From positions 85,118 through 149,117 of IMG/VR virus record IMGVR_UViG_3300045988_058524: 64,000 nt of DNA; one strand, written 5' to 3'. The translations under genes were made by a program, and so were the position numbers. Source of the stretch: a virus. Positions 57,679 to 64,000 of the stretch are shown here, one piece after another. The first letter of the stretch is position 1. The number at the start of each line of letters is the position of its first letter. Below the pieces are notes generated by a model that worked only from the letters and a program-made list of their open reading frames with translations, was not told where the DNA came from and made no database searches.

Positions 57679-58143
57679 TTATTTAAACAACGGCAATAAC
57701 TTTTTACCAAGAATCTTTACCGCTTTCTGTGCATCAGCTACAGTTCTAAAATAAACAATACCTGGATATTTTACGTTTTGATGCATAACGACGTACACTC
57801 CTTTTATATCAGTTTCCGTCCTTCCAGATAGAGAAGAACCTTTTCCAAGAAAATAGCCAGTATTACCTTCTGTTTTGATCCATCCTTTATTTAGATAGTT
57901 AGCAACTATTTGTAAACTAGCTAGAGAACTGAGTTGTTCTGTCATGCTTGGAGGACATACTAATGTATTCCAAAAACCATAATCTTCTTCAGACTCTACT
58001 ATCTCCTTAAAGGAAGGAATTAGCATTTCCTCACTAAATGCAGTAAGAGCTAATTTCTTCAAGTCTTCATTACCACTTTCATACCATTCGCGTGCCTGCT
58101 CTAAAGTTACTTCAAGATAGGCTTTTGTCTTAATTCTATTCAT
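57679..58143 (-). CDS. hypothetical protein
   Basis: ORF track. Confidence 0.3.
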   Translation of the reverse strand: MNRIKTKAYLEVTLEQAREWYESGNEDLKKLALTAFSEEMLIPSFKEIVESEEDYGFWNTLVCPPSMTEQLSSLASLQIVANYLNKGWIKTEGNTGYFLGKGSSLSGRTETDIKGVYVVMHQNVKYPGIVYFRTVADAQKAVKILGKKLLPLFK

Positions 58144-58144
58144 T

Positions 58145-58390
58145 TTATTTATTAGTTTTTAATGGACACCAATCTGGAATTAATACCCTTTCGTAAGGTC
58201 TTAACATTCCTTCAATTAGTTTATTCTCAGACTCCTTACAGAGCGCTTTCTCGTCGTCATCATTGAACCAGTCATTAGGATCTGGGTCAGGAACAATTAA
58301 GCAGTGCGGACATTCTCTACACTGCTTAATTTCTTTTTGAAATACTACACTAGTACCAGATTTCTGGTAAGTATCCTTCTCCGTACTCAT
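58145..58390 (-). CDS. hypothetical Cys-containing small protein
   Basis: ORF track. Confidence 0.3.
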   Translation of the reverse strand: MSTEKDTYQKSGTSVVFQKEIKQCRECPHCLIVPDPDPNDWFNDDDEKALCKESENKLIEGMLRPYERVLIPDWCPLKTNK

Positions 58391-58396
58391 AATTTG

Positions 58397-58612
58397 TCAT
58401 TTTGTAATTTCTTTAAATTCGTTTATAACTGTTTTTATAAATGGTTTAATATCAAATAATAGTATTACAATAACAAATATAGTATTTATTACTGGTAATG
58501 CCATTATTACGAGTCTTCTAACTGTAACAAATCGTTCATTTACTGCCATATAAAGGCCAACTATGTACGTGCTTATTACGTATATAAATGCTGAATATAC
58601 AAATATCATCAT
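58397..58612 (-). CDS. small membrane protein
   Basis: Two TM helices. Confidence 0.3.
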   Translation of the reverse strand: MMIFVYSAFIYVISTYIVGLYMAVNERFVTVRRLVIMALPVINTIFVIVILLFDIKPFIKTVINEFKEITK

Positions 58613-58630
58613 AATATATTGAAACTAGTG

Positions 58631-58714
58631 TGGGATTGGGAGGACTCGAACCTCCAGTCTCAAAAGAGAGCAGATTTACAGTCTGCGCGGCTACCAATTA
58701 CCGGTTACAATCCC
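58631..58714 (-). tRNA. tRNA-Tyr(GTA), type II
   Basis: Acceptor GGGATTG/CAATCCC; A73; anticodon loop CTGTAAA; variable hairpin TCTC-TTTT-GAGA; T-arm GGAGGTTCGAGTCCTCC. Confidence 0.75.
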
Positions 58715-58927
58715 GAATCGACCTAGTAGAGAACCCTGGTTTCCTCATTTAAATATGACTAACCTATATGCAGTGGGTATACATATTTCTAAAATCCATA
58801 TCCTAGGTCTCGCTAATAGGGTTTTATTCATAGATAGATTGATAATAATCTATCCAATAGTCTGCCTGCATATCTTCGAAGATTTCTTTGAGTTCTTCAT
58901 CAGATAGCCCTTCATATTTGTCTTCCA

Positions 58928-59290
58928 TTATATCTTTCTCCTATTAAATAGTCTAAAATATTCGTCAGAATATACGCTGCATAAGTCCTTATACTTTTTT
59001 GGCATAGGATAATCAAAGTCATCAAATGCAGACTCTTTAATAAATCCATCATGTAGAGCCATATTTGCTGTGGTAACAGCAATATTACAATTACGCTCCT
59101 TTCCCCAGTCAACAATGTTACTCATAACACTATTAAAGTATTCTGTATCATTATCTACTTGGAGATAGATTTCCACTCTGCAAATTGCAGGATTTTTGAA
59201 TCCTTGTCTAAGAGTTATCTTAGATACGAAATTCAAGTCTAGCAAATCTGCTATTCTATCCTTAGCTACAATTCTAGAAATTCTTATCAT
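58928..59290 (-). CDS. hypothetical protein
   Basis: ORF track. Confidence 0.3.
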   Translation of the reverse strand: MIRISRIVAKDRIADLLDLNFVSKITLRQGFKNPAICRVEIYLQVDNDTEYFNSVMSNIVDWGKERNCNIAVTTANMALHDGFIKESAFDDFDYPMPKKYKDLCSVYSDEYFRLFNRRKI

Positions 59291-59317
59291 CTTTTGGTAA
59301 GTTATTTTACATAATTG

Positions 59318-59401
59318 TGGGATAGGTAGGATTCGAACCTACTAAGCCTAAAGGCAACGGATTTACAGTCCGTCCCAACTCTCCATCGTTGGCGCTATCC
59401 C
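59318..59401 (-). tRNA. tRNA-Tyr(GTA), second copy (divergent; C8)
   Basis: Acceptor GGGATAG/CTATCCC; anticodon stem ACGGA/TCCGT with loop CTGTAAA; variable hairpin GCCT-TTA-GGC; T-arm GTAGGTTCGAATCCTAC. Confidence 0.65.
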
Positions 59402-59611
59402 ATAAAGCAATTAACAGATTTGTTCTAATTAACATAGCTACTACAATTCTTCCTCTTGGCACCCCCAAGTCCTCTAGTAGCTAATAGCCGCACTAGTGCG
59501 TGGTAACAATTTTAAGGGAACTCACCTCTGTTAATTGGAGTAATCAGGGATTCATCTACGTAGGCACCCAATAGACATTATCTATTCTACTAGTGAATGG
59601 TGATTACTTCG

Positions 59612-59684
59612 TCTGGATAGTGTGGCTCGAACACACGACCTCTGCATCCCAAATGCAGCGTTCTACCTACTGAACTATATCCAG
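59612..59684 (-). tRNA. tRNA-Pro(TGG)
   Basis: C1-G72 acceptor CTGGATA/TATCCAG; anticodon loop TTTGGGA; T-arm GTGTGTTCGAGCCACAC. Confidence 0.75.
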
Positions 59685-59752
59685 GTGTAAGTATGTGTTT
59701 CACAACAAATACTCACTGCGTAAGAAAAAGAAAAATTCAAGAAAATTGCCTG

Positions 59753-59826
59753 TGACTCCGCTGGGATTCGAACCCAGGACCCCCAAATTAAAAGTTTGGT
59801 GCTCTAACCAACTGAGCTACGGAGTC
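59753..59826 (-). tRNA. tRNA-Lys(TTT)
   Basis: Acceptor GACTCCG/CGGAGTC; anticodon loop CTTTTAA; T-arm CTGGGTTCGAATCCCAG. Confidence 0.8.
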
Positions 59827-59841
59827 ATTTTAATGATAAAG

Positions 59842-59915
59842 TATCCCGTGAAGGATTCGAACCTTCGACCCACAGCTTAGAAGGCTGTTGCTCTATCCAA
59901 CTGAGCTAACGGGAC
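59842..59915 (-). tRNA. tRNA-Arg(TCT)
   Basis: Acceptor GTCCCGT/ACGGGAT; anticodon loop CTTCTAA; T-arm GAAGGTTCGAATCCTTC. Confidence 0.8.
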
Positions 59916-59967
59916 ATCGTGTTCGCTATTATATACAGCGAACTACGTTCTTCTTAGTTAATAATTG

Positions 59968-60927
59968 TTAAATCTTCTCTTCGGAAATAAGCGCATTACC
60001 GCACGTTATTCTGTCAGCATCTTCTTCTTTAGAAGGAACAAATACGATAACATCCCAACCTTCTTCAAGTAAAGGCTGTTCGAATTGACGATAAACATTA
60101 TAATCAGAGTAGCCAGTTACTTCAAAACCATTCTCAACTGCGGATGCAGTTTCATGAATAGGGGTTATTTTCACAATAAACTTCTCTTTATCGAAAAGTC
60201 TAGATAACTCCTTTGCATCCAGAATAGTCTGTGCAGTAACTGGGAAATTCAACGTATACTTTCTACCTTTCGGCATAGGTAAACGACTAGCCATTTCAGA
60301 AATAGTAGCTAATGAATGACTTTTGTTGTCAAATAACTCTCTTCTCTGTTCGTCATTAGTAGAATTTATTGAGAATTGAAGACCTGCCTCACCTCCATAG
60401 AAATCATTCTTGATTCCACACCAAGTTTGTATGAAGCTCTCTAGTTTTCTATTAGCTCTAGGAAGCATAGTAGAAACTACTGGATGGACAGTCTTAGCTA
60501 TCAATCCACAACTCTTTACTACTTCTTTTAGAACAATCCCAAATACTAGCACATTATCGTTCCAAGTTGGCTCTCCCATTCTTGCGAAATGCACATTGAA
60601 TCTGTCAGTATTCCTAACAGTCTCATTCTTGATAATGTTTCTTATTTGCCATTCCATCTCTTCAATAGAAACGTTTCCATGGAATCCAAATTTCGGAACA
60701 TCACAGAATTTGCATTCCATTGGACATCCTTTCTGAGTGGAAATAGTTGCAACCCACTTCTTACTAAGGTCAACTTCAGTATTAGCTACTCCGTTAATCT
60801 CCTTAGTTAATCCTAGGAAATTAGCTTTGATATTGTTCTCTTTTCCATAGTCTCCTACGGTTAGAAATTCAAGTTTATGTTCTGTATCAACATAAATCTT
60901 TCCTGTGTGAGTAAGTATTGTCTTCAT
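59968..60927 (-). CDS. radical SAM domain protein
   Basis: CPMECKFC = CxxxCxxC cluster about 60 aa from the N-terminus; 319 aa. Confidence 0.5.
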   Translation of the reverse strand: MKTILTHTGKIYVDTEHKLEFLTVGDYGKENNIKANFLGLTKEINGVANTEVDLSKKWVATISTQKGCPMECKFCDVPKFGFHGNVSIEEMEWQIRNIIKNETVRNTDRFNVHFARMGEPTWNDNVLVFGIVLKEVVKSCGLIAKTVHPVVSTMLPRANRKLESFIQTWCGIKNDFYGGEAGLQFSINSTNDEQRRELFDNKSHSLATISEMASRLPMPKGRKYTLNFPVTAQTILDAKELSRLFDKEKFIVKITPIHETASAVENGFEVTGYSDYNVYRQFEQPLLEEGWDVIVFVPSKEEDADRITCGNALISEEKI

Positions 60928-61207
60928 TGTTCTTCAATTGCCTTCCAAATGATAATTAATATTATGAATACTACTATATAGGTCATGGTACAATCCTCCA
61001 ATCCAATCTATTCATCACTATTCTGAATTTGTTAGCTTCTGACCAGCTACGGAAAGACCTAACGATCTTCCCATAACTGTCCAACAGATAATATTTCATA
61101 CTTAACTAGCTCTCCATTAATATGAATTGTACAAAGGATTATATTGCCTACAATAATCATAGTTTCCACCATAATTATCTCACCGTTTATTTCGGTGATT
61201 CTTCTCA

Positions 61208-61459
61208 TTATTGCCATAAACTAAATACTTTTTTTGTTAGTGGATAGTTTCCTCTCCACTTTGTTGCATACTTAAATACACGAGAATCGCCTGTACGACG
61301 CCAAGTAGATCGAAATAGCGGGAATAAAATCGCCATAACGACAAGTCCAAATACTAGAACAATGAAAGTTAAACCTTTCAGTATATGTTCTAATAACCAA
61401 ACGGGTAAAGTAATGCCCCATCTAACAATTGCTAATAAATCTTCCATATTAGTTCTCAA
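61208..61459 (-). CDS. small membrane protein (TTG start)
   Basis: ORF track; hydrophobic core. Confidence 0.3.
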   Translation of the reverse strand: MRTNMEDLLAIVRWGITLPVWLLEHILKGLTFIVLVFGLVVMAILFPLFRSTWRRTGDSRVFKYATKWRGNYPLTKKVFSLWQ

Positions 61460-61682
61460 CTATCAGAGTGTTATGGATTCTCAATTTCTCTTCCGAAATC
61501 GGAATTAATTCTCCAAATACTCTTATGTATTTTTGTTCTTTGATTACTAATGATGTGGTAATTTCAGTGATTACCTCGATGTTAGCATTGTGCCATCTCT
61601 TTAAATACTGAGAATGTATTCTTCTAGACAATTCGTAGTTGTCTGAAGATGCTATTCTCGCAGCTTTGAATCTTTTTCTCAT
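61449..61682 (-). CDS. hypothetical protein
   Basis: ORF track. Confidence 0.3.
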   Translation of the reverse strand: MRKRFKAARIASSDNYELSRRIHSQYLKRWHNANIEVITEITTSLVIKEQKYIRVFGELIPISEEKLRIHNTLIVEN

Positions 61683-61879
61683 GGTTTTCTTTTTAATTCG
61701 TTAAATCTTTTTCTTGCTAATTTTCCATTCACAAATGTTTCTGTAACTGTTCTGATGCCTTCTATGTGAATGGTATACTCGAAGGCGTGGGTTCCAGTGA
61801 GAGTTATCACTCTTCCCCATGAATCTGTAAATCTTGCGCGAACAGTTGAATCGCAGTGTAATCTGTTGAATTTTCTCAT
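61679..61879 (-). CDS. hypothetical protein
   Basis: ORF track. Confidence 0.3.
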   Translation of the reverse strand: MRKFNRLHCDSTVRARFTDSWGRVITLTGTHAFEYTIHIEGIRTVTETFVNGKLARKRFNELKRKP

Positions 61880-61933
61880 TTTCTTTTTCTTTTAATCCTG
61901 ACTACCTATTTCTAGGTAGTTTCGTCTTAATTT

Positions 61934-62551
61934 TCAAAGACTCATCAGAGGATCTTCATATAAACCCAATTTATACAATTGCATTATTTCTTCATCTTTA
62001 CTTTTAGGGTCTAATATAGAAAGACCTTTTCTTATTTTTTCTAATCTTTCTAAATTGTTTTTCCTCGATAAATCGTTCATGCATGTAACTGCACTGAATC
62101 CGTAGTCTGTTTCAGTCATTATAAATAGTCCTGTATCTGTGACAACTGTAGAATCAAATATTTTTCCTAAGCAAAAATCTTTGCAGATATTCCTTAGTAT
62201 ATTATCTAGTCCTACAATTTTAAACCTCTCGTTATACCTATCTAAAAAATGACGTGTAAACTCCAGTACTGTAGTATCAGTAGAATAAGCATATATTCTT
62301 TTGCCACATTTAGTAAATACCGTATAATTTAAACTATTTCTACTTAGACATTTCCATACTAAATAATATCTGTTATTTCCAACTTTCATCTGAGTTATTT
62401 CTCCAAAGTGTGGAAAAGTCATTTGATTTTTCATTTTCAACAGTATTCGCCTTTTCTTTACGGCCATTCTTTCTGCAATTTTATCTATTGAGTCTATATC
62501 GCGGTTAAATTCCCTGACAATATCTTTACCTGTCATCGTATCTACAATCAT
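61934..62551 (-). CDS. hypothetical protein
   Basis: ORF track. Confidence 0.35.
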   Translation of the reverse strand: MIVDTMTGKDIVREFNRDIDSIDKIAERMAVKKRRILLKMKNQMTFPHFGEITQMKVGNNRYYLVWKCLSRNSLNYTVFTKCGKRIYAYSTDTTVLEFTRHFLDRYNERFKIVGLDNILRNICKDFCLGKIFDSTVVTDTGLFIMTETDYGFSAVTCMNDLSRKNNLERLEKIRKGLSILDPKSKDEEIMQLYKLGLYEDPLMSL

Positions 62552-62618
62552 AAATTACTATCTATTAAATTATTAAAAGTGCTGTTTTACTTCTAAGCCA
62601 GCAAAGGACTTCCAATTC

Positions 62619-62954
62619 TCAGTTTAATTCGTATCCAAATTTTCTAAAAGCTTCTACTACTAGAGTCAATGTATGCTTTCCTACATTTCTAACTCTTAGT
62701 ATATCTCTCTTTGAATACTGTTTAACGAAAGTACTTAGAGTTATGGTTACGTCATTAGTAACAGACCTTAAAGCATTATTTGCCCTAACATCTAGCTCTT
62801 CAAATAGAACGTAGATAGGAACATCTATTTGCTCCTTCTTAATTTTCTCTGTCTCGTAGATTACTCCTAGAGAATCTAACATTTTCTTATAGAGCTTAGA
62901 TTCTTCTGCATTGATAGACTGTTCTTTAATCTTGATAATTTCCATGATAAACAT
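62619..62954 (-). CDS. hypothetical protein
   Basis: ORF track. Confidence 0.35.
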   Translation of the reverse strand: MFIMEIIKIKEQSINAEESKLYKKMLDSLGVIYETEKIKKEQIDVPIYVLFEELDVRANNALRSVTNDVTITLSTFVKQYSKRDILRVRNVGKHTLTLVVEAFRKFGYELN

Positions 62955-64000
62955 TTTTATTAATTATTACTAGAACTATTAGTTTCAGCTTGAATAGCTT
63001 ACTTATCTCCTAAACCACGTAAAGGTTGTTCTTATCTTAGGAGTAGAGGCACCGCTGTGCCTCACAATTGTCTCAGAACTTTCCTGTGCCTATAGCCAAA
63101 TGGCTATTTTCGATTATATAGTGTATAATCTCACAATACTTTGCCTTATCTCTCGATAAGACATCTCTCCAGTATCAAGGAGCATACTGTTTGGTATAAG
63201 AGATGCTCTGCATTAGTCTCTGGGCGTACCCATTATAGTCCTTAACAGCAAATAGAGCCTACAAGTAGCTGTAGTCCTCAAATACTAAGTTCCCCACTCC
63301 GGGTTTGAACCAGAATCTCCTTCTTTAGAGGAAGGCGCAATGCATTATACTAATGGGGAAAACTCTATCTTGGCAACTAGTATAAGATAGAGAGTTATTC
63401 AACTACTTAATTCTCAGTTTCCTATACTGAAAATCAAATAGCTACGTTACTAACGTTCACTAAGAATATAGGTAGCTAATCCATATTCTTGCGACTGAGT
63501 TCGAGGTAGGAAATATACCCTTATGAGGTATCCTCTTATCAGCTAGCCTTATTAATCTAGCGGCTTATACCAGGCAACTTCTAATACAATTGTATAACAT
63601 ATAAAAATATGACATACATGGTCTACTGGTATGTCAGCAGTACTTTCATATATTGCTATAAGTGACCAATCTTATAGCTCAATCCTCCTTACTCATGAGA
63701 TAAGTTTGCGAACTCTCATTTTCATTAATAGCAGTTATTTTCGGATATTGGGCTATCTGCGTAACCCCGCTTTTTGTTGCCTTTTTATAGGCTAATGTTA
63801 GAGTAAATAATCATTGTAGTATGAGTTATAAAACTCGTCCTACTGACGATTTTTTGAAAACTGGAAAAAGTAGGAAAATCTGCCTTTGAGTTTGTGGAAC
63901 ATTCTTCTCCTTACTCTCCATATTTTCACGTGAAACATACACGATTTTACTAGAAATGATAGTCTTTCCTATCAGCCAGACATAAAAACTAAAACTACTA

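Noticed and set aside
60928-61215. Possible third small ORF with in-frame TAG codons
   Set aside because: A careful re-derivation of the reverse complement shows a TGA after 11 codons. My first reading had a transcription slip.
63296-63330. T-arm-like GGGTTTGAACC as a plus-strand tRNA
   Set aside because: Flanks do not form a T-stem or any acceptor or anticodon arms.
1-64000. CRISPR arrays, integrase/attachment sites, transposase or IS elements
   Set aside because: No direct-repeat/spacer periodicity, no tyrosine or serine recombinase motifs and no terminal inverted repeats were seen. The only mobile-element-like genes are the three homing endonucleases.

Overview
This 64-kb window appears to be part of a large, AT-rich, virulent dsDNA bacteriophage genome. 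Almost every gene is on the minus strand, and many genes are packed tightly with ATGA/TAATG start/stop overlaps.

First half (1-36 kb), replication and nucleotide metabolism:
- Anaerobic ribonucleotide reductase NrdD with its radical-SAM activase NrdG.
- dUTPase, ATP-dependent DNA ligase, an Rnl2-type RNA ligase and RNase H.
- TOPRIM primase, DnaB-like helicase, SF2 helicase, a P-loop ATPase and an SSB-like protein.
- Two HAD-family phosphatases and a metallophosphoesterase.
- An NAD+ salvage set: Nampt, a PRPP-synthetase-like enzyme and an NMN-adenylyltransferase-like enzyme.
- An envelope-like module: an SPFH lipoprotein, an OmpA-family outer-membrane protein and a glucosaminidase.
- These envelope proteins and their signal peptides suggest a Gram-negative host, possibly Bacteroidota.

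Second half (37-60 kb), a tRNA island:
- About 26 minus-strand tRNA genes interleaved with small ORFs.
- A tmRNA-like RNA.
- Two degenerate tRNA copies and a duplicated tRNA 3' fragment.
- An HNH endonuclease, an AAA+ ATPase and an NfeD-flotillin operon.

Most notable observation:
- Two GIY-YIG homing-endonuclease genes are written with in-frame TAG codons.
- One has nine in-frame TAGs and no TAA/TGA; the other has two internal TAGs.
- The surrounding genes use the standard code.
- No tRNA with a CUA anticodon is present in the window.

A second oddity is a tRNA with Ser-type (type II) architecture carrying a GCA (Cys) anticodon and a U73 discriminator.

Coordinates of RNA features were derived by hand and may be off by 1-3 nt. 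CDS coordinates come from the ORF track.
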